A stretch of DNA of 64,000 nucleotides from an uncultured Planctomycetia bacterium (GCA_964572255.1 CAZNEE010000002.1:210942-274941); one strand, 5' to 3'. Counted from the stretch's first letter, positions 10,389 to 19,958 are shown. The notes: generated from the sequence alone by a model not told the origin. A program made the numbers and translations.

Positions 10389-11692
10389 TCTTCTTCCTCG
10401 ATTCTGATAACAACAGTTTTATCCTTAATGTATTCTAATTTATCAACACTCTCGATGGCTTTTCGCATATTGCCTTCTTCGGCCTTGTGAGTAAGGATAA
10501 TAACCGGCACTACCTCACCTACTGAATGTTCTTCCTGAGAAACATTGGCGATACTGATATCATTATCCGCAAGTATCTTTGATATCCCCGCCAAAACGCC
10601 CGGTTTATCCACAGCAGAGAATCGCAGGTAATAAGAGGTTTTCAGTTCTTCCATGCGGCTGATATCCAGAGAGTTCCCTGCATAGGCAAGGTTATACCCC
10701 ATGTTATTCTTGCCGTCCGAAAAAGCTATTTGTTTCGCCGCATCAACTATATCACCTATCACGGAACTTGAGGTCGGCCGGCCTCCTGCTCCTTTTCCGT
10801 AAAGAAGCGATTCGCCTACAAAATCCCCGTCCACAAATATCGCGTTATCCGAGCCCTTCACATCTGAAAGAAGATGTGAAGAAGCTATAAGGGTCGGGTG
10901 GACTCTCAGCTGAAGTTCACCGTCCGCTCTTTTTGCTATGGCCAGAAGCTTTATGCTGTAACCCCACCTGGCGGCATATTCTATATCCTGCGGACCTATT
11001 TTGGTTATGCCTTCGGTATAAATATCGTCGGGTGATACTTCTATCCCGAAACCAAGCAAAGAAAGTATGGCGAGTTTATGCGCGCTGTCCTTGCCGCTTA
11101 TATCGAGTTCAGGATCAGCTTCCGCAATGCCTTTCTCCTGCGCAACAGAAAGCGCGTCACTGAAACCGCATTTATCCTTGTCCATCTTAGTCAGGATAAA
11201 GTTAGTGGTCCCGTTCAGGATGCCGTACACAACATTAAAATTGTTTGATACAAAACTTTCCTGCAAAGTACGGATTATCGGTATTGATCCCCCTACGCTC
11301 GCTTCAAACTTTACAAAAACATTGTTCTCCGAAGCGGCCCCGAAGATCTCCTTCCAGCATTCCGATAAAAGGGCTTTATTCGCGGTCACAACATGTTTTT
11401 TGTTCTTTATCGCGCTTAGAACAATTTTCTTCGCGGGATCTATGCCTCCGATAAGCTCAACAATAATATCAATATCGCCTGAAGAGATAAGCTCATCAGC
11501 ATTGCCGGTCTTGATGGATGCGTCTTTAGCATTTATGCTGTTAAGGGCATTTTTGTCCTTGTCGCATATTCCCTTCAGAACCAAAGACACGCCGGTTCTG
11601 TCAGCGATCAGCTTCCCGTTTGAAATGATGCCTTCGGCAACTGCCTTACCGACAGCTCCAAGTCCTATTAATCCTATGTTTACGGTTTTCAT
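10379..11692 (-). CDS. hom: Homoserine dehydrogenase (with C-terminal ACT domain)
   Basis: N-terminal Rossmann motif [18 protein letters not shown], a catalytic region, and a C-terminal ACT-like segment ([21 protein letters not shown]). Confidence 0.9.
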   Translation of the reverse strand: MKTVNIGLIGLGAVGKAVAEGIISNGKLIADRTGVSLVLKGICDKDKNALNSINAKDASIKTGNADELISSGDIDIIVELIGGIDPAKKIVLSAIKNKKHVVTANKALLSECWKEIFGAASENNVFVKFEASVGGSIPIIRTLQESFVSNNFNVVYGILNGTTNFILTKMDKDKCGFSDALSVAQEKGIAEADPELDISGKDSAHKLAILSLLGFGIEVSPDDIYTEGITKIGPQDIEYAARWGYSIKLLAIAKRADGELQLRVHPTLIASSHLLSDVKGSDNAIFVDGDFVGESLLYGKGAGGRPTSSSVIGDIVDAAKQIAFSDGKNNMGYNLAYAGNSLDISRMEELKTSYYLRFSAVDKPGVLAGISKILADNDISIANVSQEEHSVGEVVPVIILTHKAEEGNMRKAIESVDKLEYIKDKTVVIRIEEEEWA

Positions 11693-11716
11693 CGTTTTCC
11701 TTTTTTTTATAAATAA

Positions 11717-11795
11717 TGGTCGGGACGGCCGGATTCGAACCGGCGACCCCTAGTCCCCCAGACTAGTGCGCTAAGCCAGACTGCGCTACGTCCCG
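11717..11795 (-). tRNA. tRNA-Pro (anticodon GGG), 79 nt with encoded CCA
   Basis: Minus-strand sequence CGGGACG-TA-GCGC-AGTCTGGCTTA-GCGC-A-CTAGT-CTGGGGG-ACTAG-GGGTC-GCCGG-TTCGAAT-CCGGC-CGTCCCG-A-CCA folds as a cloverleaf: 7-bp acceptor stem with C1:G72 (a proline identity feature), 4-bp D stem, 5-bp anticodon stem, 7-nt loop with U33-GGG-G37, 5-nt variable loop and a GTTCGAATC T-loop. It starts 2 nt after the gpsA stop codon. Confidence 0.9.
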
Positions 11796-11797
11796 AA

Positions 11798-12790
11798 TCA
11801 ATATATTTCTTCTTTCAGATCCCGCCTCATCAGTTCCTTAACAGCCAACTTGGGATCTTTACCTTCATAAATGATCTGGTATATCTTTTCGGTTATCGGC
11901 ATGTCAACCGAATATTTCTTCGCAAGTTCATACGCTGATCTCGATGTAGCAACGCCTTCAATAGCCATCTCAGTTTCATCCAGGATCTCTTCAACGCTCT
12001 TACCTTTGCCTAACTCTTCTCCAAACCAGCGGTTTCTGCTGTGTGTACTTATACAAGTTGTTGTAAGATCTCCCATGCCGCTCAACCCGCTGAAAGTTTC
12101 TCTTCGAGCGCCCATTTTCACTCCCAAACGCGTAATTTCAGCCAACCCTCTTGTTAAGAGGCCCGCTTTTGTGTTTGTCCCGAAACCAAGCGCATCTGAA
12201 ATGCCTGCCGCAATAGCGATAATATTTTTTAACGCTCCGCCAAGCTCGACACCGATAACATCATTCGATGTATATGCCCTGAAACTCTCGGTTGATAACA
12301 GTTTCTGCAGATCCTTCTTCCAGTCATCAAGGGTCGCAACTACAACTGCCGTAGGCATGTTTCTCGCTACTTCATAAGAAATGCTCGGCCCTGAAAGGAC
12401 CCCTATATGTTCTTCGGGAAAATATTCTTGGAGTATTTCCGACGGCCTTTTAAGAGAGGCCTTTTCAATGCCTTTTGTAGCGCTGACAATATATGAGAAA
12501 GAAGCGTCCTTAAACCGGTCTATAACCGATCTTAAATACTCACAAGGAATTACAAAAAGAGCGTATTCAGCGTCCTTAACCTCATCATCATCTGAAGTTA
12601 TCACGAGATCTTTCGGGATCTTTACTCCCTCTAAAAATTTCGTATTTTCCCTCTTTTTATTTAGATAGGCGGCGTATTCGCCAAAAGCGCTCCAAAGGAC
12701 AGTATCCACCCCTTTGGCGTGCAAAATAATAGCAAGCGCTGTTCCCCAGCCGCCATCTCCTAAAACACATACTTTAGCCATAATATTCAT
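11798..12790 (-). CDS. gpsA: NAD(P)H-dependent glycerol-3-phosphate dehydrogenase
   Basis: MAKVCVLGDGGWGTALAIIL Rossmann N-terminus and GpsA-family length (330 aa). The actual start may be the second Met (12781). Confidence 0.9.
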   Translation of the reverse strand: MNIMAKVCVLGDGGWGTALAIILHAKGVDTVLWSAFGEYAAYLNKKRENTKFLEGVKIPKDLVITSDDDEVKDAEYALFVIPCEYLRSVIDRFKDASFSYIVSATKGIEKASLKRPSEILQEYFPEEHIGVLSGPSISYEVARNMPTAVVVATLDDWKKDLQKLLSTESFRAYTSNDVIGVELGGALKNIIAIAAGISDALGFGTNTKAGLLTRGLAEITRLGVKMGARRETFSGLSGMGDLTTTCISTHSRNRWFGEELGKGKSVEEILDETEMAIEGVATSRSAYELAKKYSVDMPITEKIYQIIYEGKDPKLAVKELMRRDLKEEIY

Positions 12791-12811
12791 AGAAGTTTAA
12801 CATATATGAAT

Positions 12812-12817
12812 ATTATA
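12812..12817 (-). promoter_or_regulatory. Candidate -10 box (TATAAT, preceded by TGAC) for gpsA, ~20 nt upstream of the gpsA start
   Basis: The minus-strand sequence reads cattgacTATAATattcatatatgttaaacttctATG. The -35 element is weak (TTACCC) and no clear Shine-Dalgarno precedes the start. Confidence 0.3.
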
Positions 12818-12927
12818 GTCAATGTTATATAGGGGGTAATCCTGTATATTGAAAAATGGACATGAATTCAGAAGTGTTTTTGCTTGTTCTTGAGGGTGTC
12901 CCCAAATGGGACGTCCCCGATAAGTAA

Positions 12928-12960
12928 AACGGGGATGACCTTTCGGCCATCCCCGTTTTT
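12928..12960. terminator. Bidirectional intrinsic-terminator-like hairpin (9-bp GC-rich stem ACGGGGATG/CATCCCCGT, A-run on one side and T-run on the other)
   Basis: aaaACGGGGATGacctttcggcCATCCCCGTtttttt: perfect inverted repeat with a 12-nt loop, flanked by A4 upstream and T6 downstream on the plus strand (so U-tracts on either strand). It lies in a gene-poor gap between the small ORF/plsY and gpsA. Confidence 0.5.
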
Positions 12961-13125
12961 TGGAGGTTAGGGTAGTACATATATCCGCGCAAATTACCGG
13001 TTAATGCCTATGTATCAGTTCAAGCAATAATACCTGCATCTTTATCACGCTCAGTTTCATAAGCGCCAAAAGGACCAGAAAAAAATGCATAAAATAATTG
13101 CTCGAACGTTTCATGACTCGCTTCC

Positions 13126-13476
13126 TCATTCACATATCTGTATTTTCAGGATATTCACACAAAACACCTTAAACACCTTCAATCTATCGACTATATAGAA
13201 CTCTCCGGCCATTTTAAACAAAACCTTATTAATTCGCTTTTTACGGTCAATATGCCGAAGTATGTGATATTTCCTCACCGCGCTTCGTTCCTTATCTAAC
13301 TCGATCCAGTGTTCCAGCTCGGCCTTGCTTTGGGCCATGAACATATCCTTAAGATAATATTTACTTATCCATTTTTTGACCATCCGAATTTTGGAACGAT
13401 CGCTTGTCTCTTCTATAGAGATCTCGCGCTTCCTCGGATTTGGTCCAGTTATGTTCTTGTAGATTACTTCTTTCAT
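13126..13476 (-). CDS. Hypothetical small basic protein (116 aa, Lys/Arg-rich); coding status uncertain
   Basis: Only a moderate-length ORF (MKEVIYKNITGPNPRKREISIEETSDRSKIRMVKKWISKYYL...) in an 850-bp gap, with a purine-rich stretch (aaagagaag) just upstream. No recognisable family. Confidence 0.3.
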   Translation of the reverse strand: MKEVIYKNITGPNPRKREISIEETSDRSKIRMVKKWISKYYLKDMFMAQSKAELEHWIELDKERSAVRKYHILRHIDRKKRINKVLFKMAGEFYIVDRLKVFKVFCVNILKIQICE

Positions 13477-13636
13477 GCGTCTTCTCTTTACATACTTTTT
13501 AAAAGTTCTTAGAAAGATAAACTAAAAAATGGGGCGCACTTACAGCATCCCCTCCCAAATTTCGATTACAGATCAAGTATACACCTCTATAAAAAAATAA
13601 GCAAGAAAATATTTCTACCTTTTTTATATTTTACCG

Positions 13637-14254
13637 CTATATCAGCTTCTTCTCTGTCCCCTGGATCAAGCGCTTAATATTCGACCTGTGCCCATACACC
13701 CCCACGGCACATAAAATGCAGCAAAATATTATGAATGAAAGACTTCTGCCGAATACCAATGCCATTATCGGAAGCGCGCATGATGCGACAATTGATGCCA
13801 AAGAAACATAGCGCCATATAAAAAAAATTACCGCCCAAATTATTAAACACGACAGAAATACCAACGGCGCTAAAGCTATCATTACCCCGGCTGTTGTGGC
13901 AACGCCTTTCCCGCCTTTAAATTTCAGAAAAATCGTCCAAATATGTCCCGCAATAACTGCCCCTCCGATCAAGGTTATAAAATAGATCGCGCCTCTAAAA
14001 ACACCCGGATAACTTAACTCCAATACCAGAGGAATGATCGTAACAGCCAAAAAACCTTTCAGAAAATCTATTATAAGAACAATAATACCGGGGACTTTTC
14101 CGATAACGCGAAACACATTTGTAGCACCCACGTTGCCGCTTCCGTGCTCTCTTATGTCGATCCCTTTAAGAAGTTTTCCGAAAATATAAGCAGTTGGTAT
14201 TGAGCCGACTATGTAAGAAATTACAAGTGACAGCAAAAGAAGAAGGATCCTCAT
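13637..14254 (-). CDS. plsY: Glycerol-3-phosphate acyltransferase PlsY (acyl-phosphate dependent)
   Basis: MRILLLLLSLVISYIVGSIPTAYIFGKLLKGIDIREHGSGNVGATNVFRVIGK; multi-TM, 205 aa, classic PlsY motifs. Confidence 0.9.
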   Translation of the reverse strand: MRILLLLLSLVISYIVGSIPTAYIFGKLLKGIDIREHGSGNVGATNVFRVIGKVPGIIVLIIDFLKGFLAVTIIPLVLELSYPGVFRGAIYFITLIGGAVIAGHIWTIFLKFKGGKGVATTAGVMIALAPLVFLSCLIIWAVIFFIWRYVSLASIVASCALPIMALVFGRSLSFIIFCCILCAVGVYGHRSNIKRLIQGTEKKLI

Positions 14255-15597
14255 TTTCTTTCCTTTCTTGATTTTTTTAGTTTTATTTTTACGGGAATAC
14301 CGTTTAACGGCAAGCTTTCTCTCAACTTGTTCTCAATAAAACTCAAATGGACCTGAAGAACATTTGACGGGTTATTGACAAATACCGTAAATTCAAGAGG
14401 CCTTTGTCTTGTCTGTGTCATGTAAAGAAAGTTGGGCCTCATCTTTCTTCTGGGGATGGAGATCAGTGAAGGGTCATCTTTTTCCAGAAGTTTATTCAGA
14501 AATGGCGTCGAGACCTTAAGGTCCAGATTGGCATCAAGTACATTTATTACCGAAAGTGTATCAATGACATTTTTTCCGGTCTTCGCGGAAATAAATTCAA
14601 TAGGATATTTTTTAAGAAAATCTTCGGCATATACCAGATGCCTCCTGTACTCATCTATAGTAACATCTTTTACCTCTTCCGCCAGGTCCCATTTGTTCAC
14701 CACGAGCAAACAGGCTTTTCCTTTTTCCTCGATAAACCTTAGTATGCCTATATCATCCCTTGTTATCCCGTCTTTGGCGTCCAGGATCAGAACCGCCACA
14801 TCGCTTCTTGCGATAGATTCTTTTGACCGCATTATACTGAAAGCGTCAACAACGTTCTTGACCTTTCTTCTGTGCCTTATCCCCGCAGTATCGATCAGTA
14901 TGTAATCCTCATTTTCGTAACTGAAATATGTATCGATCGAATCGCGTGTTGTTCCCGGGACATCGCTTACAATGACCCGTTTGCGGGCAAGAAGATTATT
15001 TATAAAAGAAGATTTTCCGACATTCGGCCTTCCGACAACGGCGATCTTTATATAATGTTTTTCCTCGAACTCGCCCTCTTCCGATGAAACAGCTTCTTTC
15101 AGGAGTTTTTTAAGCCTGGCAATGCCCCTTTTATGCACACAGGAAACAGCAACGGGATCGCCGAAACCCAACTGATAAAATTCCGCGACATCGGACAGGA
15201 GCTTGTCATTATCGGTTTTATTGGCGACCAGAACAACGGCTTTGCTGAATTTTCTTAAAATATCCGCTATTTCTCTGTCCGCAGGTGAAATGCCGCTCTG
15301 GGTATCGGTCACTAATAGTATTACCGAAGATTCCTCCATCGCCTCGCGTATCTGCTCTTTGACCTGAAGGGAAAGCTCGTCCTTATCTTCCGCGGCATAC
15401 CCGCCGGTATCAACTATTTTTATGTTACGGCCTCTTAGATTGACCACGGTCTCGACCCTGTCCCGGGTGGTACCGGATTGTTCGACGACAACAGCCGTCC
15501 TTTTCCCGATTATCTGGTTGAAAAGGGACGATTTGCCGACATTCGGCCTTCCAACAATGCATATTGATGGTATGTGAGAGCGTGAACTATTTTCCAT
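14251..15597 (-). CDS. der: Ribosome-associated GTPase Der/EngA (tandem GTPase domains + KH-like C-terminal domain)
   Basis: Two G domains (ICIVGRPNVGKSSLFN...DTGG; IAVVGRPNVGKSSFIN...DTAG...NKWD); 448 aa; overlaps plsY by 4 nt. Confidence 0.9.
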   Translation of the reverse strand: MENSSRSHIPSICIVGRPNVGKSSLFNQIIGKRTAVVVEQSGTTRDRVETVVNLRGRNIKIVDTGGYAAEDKDELSLQVKEQIREAMEESSVILLVTDTQSGISPADREIADILRKFSKAVVLVANKTDNDKLLSDVAEFYQLGFGDPVAVSCVHKRGIARLKKLLKEAVSSEEGEFEEKHYIKIAVVGRPNVGKSSFINNLLARKRVIVSDVPGTTRDSIDTYFSYENEDYILIDTAGIRHRRKVKNVVDAFSIMRSKESIARSDVAVLILDAKDGITRDDIGILRFIEEKGKACLLVVNKWDLAEEVKDVTIDEYRRHLVYAEDFLKKYPIEFISAKTGKNVIDTLSVINVLDANLDLKVSTPFLNKLLEKDDPSLISIPRRKMRPNFLYMTQTRQRPLEFTVFVNNPSNVLQVHLSFIENKLRESLPLNGIPVKIKLKKSRKERK

Positions 15598-16120
15598 TGA
15601 TCTGTCGGGCGCCTATCCTGATATAATCCAGGCCGGAGATGACAGTAAAAACAACCGTAATATTCCAAAGCCAGTTTGAATACATGAACTGCACGAGAAG
15701 CGCGATTATGGTGAATATCTGAAAACAAGTTGTGATTTTACCAAGTGCGGTAGGTTTAACTTCCAAATTACCCGTAATGAGATAAATAAATGCCGCGCCT
15801 ATAAGAATAATAACGTCTCTGCTGATAACCACTATCGGGACATAGACCGGCATTTTAATATATGCCGGAAGCCCTTTAACCAAACTGAAGCTTATATAAG
15901 CGCTTAAAAGAAGCATTTTATCGGCCACGGGGTCCATCATGGTACCCAGCTGAGTTTTCTGATTAAATGTCCTTGCAATATATCCGTCCAGGGCATCTGT
16001 CAGGGCCGCCAGCAGAAAGATCCCGAAAGCCAAGCTAAGCCGGTGATATAAAATAGATATTATAAAAACAGGGACAAGTATTATCCTGAAAACCGTTAAT
16101 CTGTTCGCCCAATTCATCAA
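15587..16120 (-). CDS. pgsA: CDP-diacylglycerol--glycerol-3-phosphate 3-phosphatidyltransferase (CDP-alcohol phosphatidyltransferase family)
   Basis: DALDGYIARTFNQKTQLGTMMDPVADK is the CDP-OH phosphatidyltransferase motif D-G-x2-A-R-x8-G-x3-D-x3-D; 177-aa membrane protein. Confidence 0.8.
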   Translation of the reverse strand: MMNWANRLTVFRIILVPVFIISILYHRLSLAFGIFLLAALTDALDGYIARTFNQKTQLGTMMDPVADKMLLLSAYISFSLVKGLPAYIKMPVYVPIVVISRDVIILIGAAFIYLITGNLEVKPTALGKITTCFQIFTIIALLVQFMYSNWLWNITVVFTVISGLDYIRIGARQINGK

Positions 16121-16713
16121 TCACCCTCGTGTATCATGCGGATCCGCCTGATCGGCCAATGGATCATGAAAGCTTTTCCGACTATTTTTTCAAACGGCGC
16201 AAACCCCCAGTACCTTGAATCCATTGAGTTCGCGCTGTTATCGCCCAAAACGTAAAACTGGCCCTCGGGCACACGGACGGGCTTGTGATCATTCCCGTAC
16301 TTGCCGCGATTATAATAGAATATCCGGTTAAAGGGACTCTCTGTGATCTGTTCCCCGTCTATGTAAAGTTTTCCGTTTTTTATTTCAACAGTCTGTCCTT
16401 CTTTGGCGATAAAACGTTTGACAAGGAATTTTTTCTTCTCAACAGGCGAAAGGAAAACCACAATATCCCCCAGCTTGGGCCACTTATCATCCGGTATCCT
16501 TATATCGGTAAAAGGTATTTTTGTGCCGTAAGAGTATTTTGTGACAAATATCCTGTCTCCCGGCATGAAAGTGGGTTCCATTGAACCCGTCGGTATTTTA
16601 AAAGGCTGGATGATAAACGTTCTTATTAAAAGCGCCAGCACAGCCGCGATAATTATCGGCTTTACCCACTCTTCCCATAAATATTCCCATTTGCTTCCGA
16701 ATGATCTTTTCAT
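16117..16713 (-). CDS. lepB: Signal peptidase I
   Basis: N-terminal TM followed by the catalytic Ser box (IPTGSMEPTFMPGDRIFV), the Lys box (LVKRFIAKEGQTV) and GDNSANSMDSRYWG; 198 aa. Confidence 0.85.
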   Translation of the reverse strand: MKRSFGSKWEYLWEEWVKPIIIAAVLALLIRTFIIQPFKIPTGSMEPTFMPGDRIFVTKYSYGTKIPFTDIRIPDDKWPKLGDIVVFLSPVEKKKFLVKRFIAKEGQTVEIKNGKLYIDGEQITESPFNRIFYYNRGKYGNDHKPVRVPEGQFYVLGDNSANSMDSRYWGFAPFEKIVGKAFMIHWPIRRIRMIHEGD

Positions 16714-16727
16714 TTATTGACCTTTCT

Positions 16728-18527
16728 TTACGACACTCTCATTACTTTCAAAAATGCCTCCTTCGGAACGTCCACTTTGCCGATCCTGCGCATTTTTTTC
16801 TTTCCCTCTTTTTGTTTTTCCCACAATTTACGTTTTCTTGTTATATCACCGCCGTAACATTTGCCGGTAACGTGTTTCTTGAGCGCCGAAATGTTCTCCC
16901 GCGCAATAACCTCGCCGCCTACAGATGCCTGCACGGCTATCTTGAAAAGATGTTTAGGTATCGATTCTTTCAGCTTAGCCGCCAATTCTCTTCCGCGTTC
17001 CCTGGCCTTGCTTTTATGTATCAAAGTCGAAAGCGCGTCGCAGGATACGCCGTTAATAAGAACGTCCAATTTAACTATATCCGACTTTCTGTACCCTATA
17101 AACTCATAGTCAAGTGAGCCGTAACCCTGCGTGCAGGATTTTATCTTATCGTAAAAATCGATAACGATCTCCGCTAAAGGGATATTATAGGCGATCTGGA
17201 CCTTTGTGGGATCAAGATATTTGGTACTGATAAACTCTCCCCGCTTGTTTTCGCAAAGTTTCATTATGGCGCCGATACTTTCGGAAGGCGCAAAAACATA
17301 ACACCTGACATACGGCTCTTCCGCGTACTCTATCCTTTCTTTGGCAGGATATTTTGTCGGGTTATCTATCTCCTGCAGGTCTCCGTGGATCTCTTTTACC
17401 ATATACGTCACACTCGGCGATGAAACTATCAAGTCCAGATCGAATTCGCGTTCCAGGCGTTCCTGTACGATCTCCATGTGCAGGAGCCCCAGGAAACCGC
17501 ACCTGAACCCGAACCCTAATGCCGCGGAAATTTCCGGCTCATACGTAAAGGAAGAATCCGAGAGCCTGAGCTTTTCCATTGCGCTCTTGAGGTCTTCGTA
17601 GTCTTCATTTGTCACAGGATATACACCGCTGAAAACCATCGGTTTTACTTTTTTATAACCCGGAAGAGGTGCTGTCGCGGGCCTTTCCAGATCTGTTATA
17701 GTATCACCCACGACTACTTCTCTTGCGTCTTTGATATTGCATACGATGTATCCGACTTCACCGCAATCTAACTTATCAACGGCCTGTTCTTTGGGCGTGA
17801 ATATACCGACTTCCTTAACTTCGTACTTTGTGCCCCTGTTCATCATTTCAACTCCCATGCCGGCATGAATAGACCCGTTCATGATACGCACGTAAATTAT
17901 CACGCCGCGATATATATCATAAGAAGAGTCGAAGATAAGAGCCTGGAGAGGTTCTTTCTCCTCTCCTGCAGGAGGTGAGATCCTCTTCACTATCGCCTCG
18001 AGAACATCATCGGTGCCTGTCCCTTCTTTCGCGCTTGCAAGAATAATATCCTCTTCCTTCACCCCAAGGACTTCCTTCATCTGTTTTGTGATCTCGTCTA
18101 TCCTTGCGCTTTTAAGGTCTACCTTGTTTATAACAGGTATTATCAAAAGATCATGTTCCATCGCCAAATACAGATTGGCAACAGTCTGCGCCTCAACGCC
18201 CTGAACGGCATCTACCAAAAGTATCGCGCCCTCGCAGGCCGCGATGCTTTTGGATACTTCATAAGAAAAATCAACATGCCCGGGAGTATCGATAAGATTA
18301 AGAAAATAGGTGCTCCCGTCTTTGGCTTTGTATTTGATCTTTACCGCGCTGGATTTTATGGTTATACCGCGTTCTCTTTCCAGGTCCATGCTGTCCAGAA
18401 GCTGGTCATGGAACTCCCTTGCTGACACCGCCCCGGTACGCTGGATCATCCTGTCAGCTAATGTGGATTTTCCGTGGTCTATATGCGCGATTATGCAGAA
18501 GTTTCGTATTTGTTTCAGTTTATTCAT
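16728..18527 (-). CDS. lepA: Translation elongation factor 4 (LepA)
   Basis: IRNFCIIAHIDHGKSTLADRM...DTPGHVDF...NKVD G-domain and the LepA-specific C-terminal domain; 599 aa. Confidence 0.95.
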   Translation of the reverse strand: MNKLKQIRNFCIIAHIDHGKSTLADRMIQRTGAVSAREFHDQLLDSMDLERERGITIKSSAVKIKYKAKDGSTYFLNLIDTPGHVDFSYEVSKSIAACEGAILLVDAVQGVEAQTVANLYLAMEHDLLIIPVINKVDLKSARIDEITKQMKEVLGVKEEDIILASAKEGTGTDDVLEAIVKRISPPAGEEKEPLQALIFDSSYDIYRGVIIYVRIMNGSIHAGMGVEMMNRGTKYEVKEVGIFTPKEQAVDKLDCGEVGYIVCNIKDAREVVVGDTITDLERPATAPLPGYKKVKPMVFSGVYPVTNEDYEDLKSAMEKLRLSDSSFTYEPEISAALGFGFRCGFLGLLHMEIVQERLEREFDLDLIVSSPSVTYMVKEIHGDLQEIDNPTKYPAKERIEYAEEPYVRCYVFAPSESIGAIMKLCENKRGEFISTKYLDPTKVQIAYNIPLAEIVIDFYDKIKSCTQGYGSLDYEFIGYRKSDIVKLDVLINGVSCDALSTLIHKSKARERGRELAAKLKESIPKHLFKIAVQASVGGEVIARENISALKKHVTGKCYGGDITRKRKLWEKQKEGKKKMRRIGKVDVPKEAFLKVMRVS

Positions 18528-18530
18528 TTA

Positions 18531-19958
18531 TTATTTCATCAACCTAAACGCGTATTTTTTGCCTATTAGAGCATATTTCTCGGTTTTCTTTTTTGAATTT
18601 GTCTCACTATAAATCCTTAGTTTCGGCTCGGTACCTGAAAGCCTGAGAAGCATCCAGCTGCCGTCCTCACATATAAATTTAGTACCGTCATAATCCTTTA
18701 TGTCCACGACTTTCTTATTTAAAATTGATTTAAGAGGATCTTTTTTCATCCCCGCAAGAAGTTTTTTTCTCTTCTCTTCAGGAAAAACGCAATCGTTCCT
18801 GGCATAGACAAACTTGCCGTATTCTTTATCTACATCATCAACGACCTCACTGAGCGATTCTTTCCAGTTCGCCATAAGTTCCATAACAAGCATCGCGCTC
18901 AAGAAACTATCCCTCTCGGGAATATAGTCCTTAAAACCTATGCCGCCGGTCTCTTCTCCGCCGATAAGAATATCTTCCTTCGTCATGAGTTCGCATATAT
19001 ACTTGAACCCCACGGGCGTCTCATGCATCTTTATCCCGTATTTTTCGCATATTTTATTTATCAGCACGGTCCCGCAAATAGTCTGCACTACGCCTCCGCG
19101 CATGCCCCTGTTTTCATGCAGATGCAGAAGAAGCAGCGCCATCAGTTTGTGTCCCGAAAGGAGGTTCCCTTTTTCGTCGACGATCGCTACGCGATCGGCA
19201 TCTCCGTCAGTCGCCACCCCCAGATCATATTTCCCGCTTTTTACTCTCTTGATAAGTTCTTTCAGGTTCTGAAGCTTCGGCTCAGGTGCTATGCCCCTGA
19301 ATCCGGGGTTTCTTTCAGCGTTTATAAAATCCACTCTTATATTCGTACCCTTCAGCATATCCCTGAGATATGTTCCGCCTACACCGTTCATGGAATCCAC
19401 CAATACTTTGAACCTTTTCTTCTTCAAAGCTTTCATGTCCGCGTATTTTCTGATAAAATCTATCTGCTCTTTTGTGATATCTTTGCATACGACCTTCTTC
19501 TTTTCTCTTGCCTCTTCTATTCCCATGGTTTTGACAGGATTCTTATGAAGTTTCTTTTCTATTTTTTCTATGATATCAGTGCCGGCAGATCCCCCGAAAA
19601 ACCCCTTATACTTGATGCCATTGTACGCCGCGGGATTATGGCTGGCGGTCACCATTACCCCGCCCGTAAGTTTATTGTTCTTTATGTAAAAACTCACGGC
19701 CGGAGTGGAACAGGCATTATCCGAAAGTATGACCTTCATGCCGTTAGCCGCAAGAACACACGCTATGGCCTCGGCGAACTTATCAGAAAGAAACCTGGTA
19801 TCATAACCGACTAAAACTTTTTTCTTTCCATATATGGACGACTTCTGCGAATTTATAAAGTCCGCGATAGCCTGTGTCACTATCCTGACATTTTCAAAAG
19901 TAAAATCTTCGCCTATTATCGCTCTCCATCCGTCCGTTCCGAATTTTATCTTTGCCAT
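18531..19958 (-). CDS. Phosphoglucomutase/phosphomannomutase family protein (alpha-D-phosphohexomutase)
   Basis: FGTDGWRAIIGEDFT N-terminus, active-site Ser loop VMVTASHNPAAYNGIKY, metal-binding DGDADR and GEETGG sugar-binding loop; 475 aa. Confidence 0.85.
   Translation of the reverse strand: MAKIKFGTDGWRAIIGEDFTFENVRIVTQAIADFINSQKSSIYGKKKVLVGYDTRFLSDKFAEAIACVLAANGMKVILSDNACSTPAVSFYIKNNKLTGGVMVTASHNPAAYNGIKYKGFFGGSAGTDIIEKIEKKLHKNPVKTMGIEEAREKKKVVCKDITKEQIDFIRKYADMKALKKKRFKVLVDSMNGVGGTYLRDMLKGTNIRVDFINAERNPGFRGIAPEPKLQNLKELIKRVKSGKYDLGVATDGDADRVAIVDEKGNLLSGHKLMALLLLHLHENRGMRGGVVQTICGTVLINKICEKYGIKMHETPVGFKYICELMTKEDILIGGEETGGIGFKDYIPERDSFLSAMLVMELMANWKESLSEVVDDVDKEYGKFVYARNDCVFPEEKRKKLLAGMKKDPLKSILNKKVVDIKDYDGTKFICEDGSWMLLRLSGTEPKLRIYSETNSKKKTEKYALIGKKYAFRLMK

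Noticed and set aside
13126-13476. The small basic ORF as a transposase or integrase fragment marking a mobile element
   Set aside because: No DDE, HUH, tyrosine-recombinase or HTH signature is recognisable, and there are no terminal inverted repeats or target duplications around it. It is kept only as a low-confidence hypothetical CDS.
12791-13636. Possible tmRNA, RNase P RNA, SRP RNA or 6S RNA in the 850-bp gap
   Set aside because: I looked for the tRNA-like end of tmRNA (GGTTCGA.TCC...CCACCA), the RNase P P4 motif (GGAAAGTCCGGGC / AGGGTGAAA.GG) and the SRP domain IV motif on both strands and found none. A novel small RNA remains possible but cannot be supported from sequence alone.
19023-19814. 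263-aa plus-strand ORF, and similar long plus-strand ORFs at 11067-11753, 27639-28175, 34995-35534 and 51791-52495
   Set aside because: Each lies entirely antisense to a minus-strand gene with clear family motifs (pgm, hom, trpD, alaS, the kinase domain). Their translations are low-complexity Ser/Leu/Phe-rich and carry no recognisable motifs, as expected of shadow ORFs.
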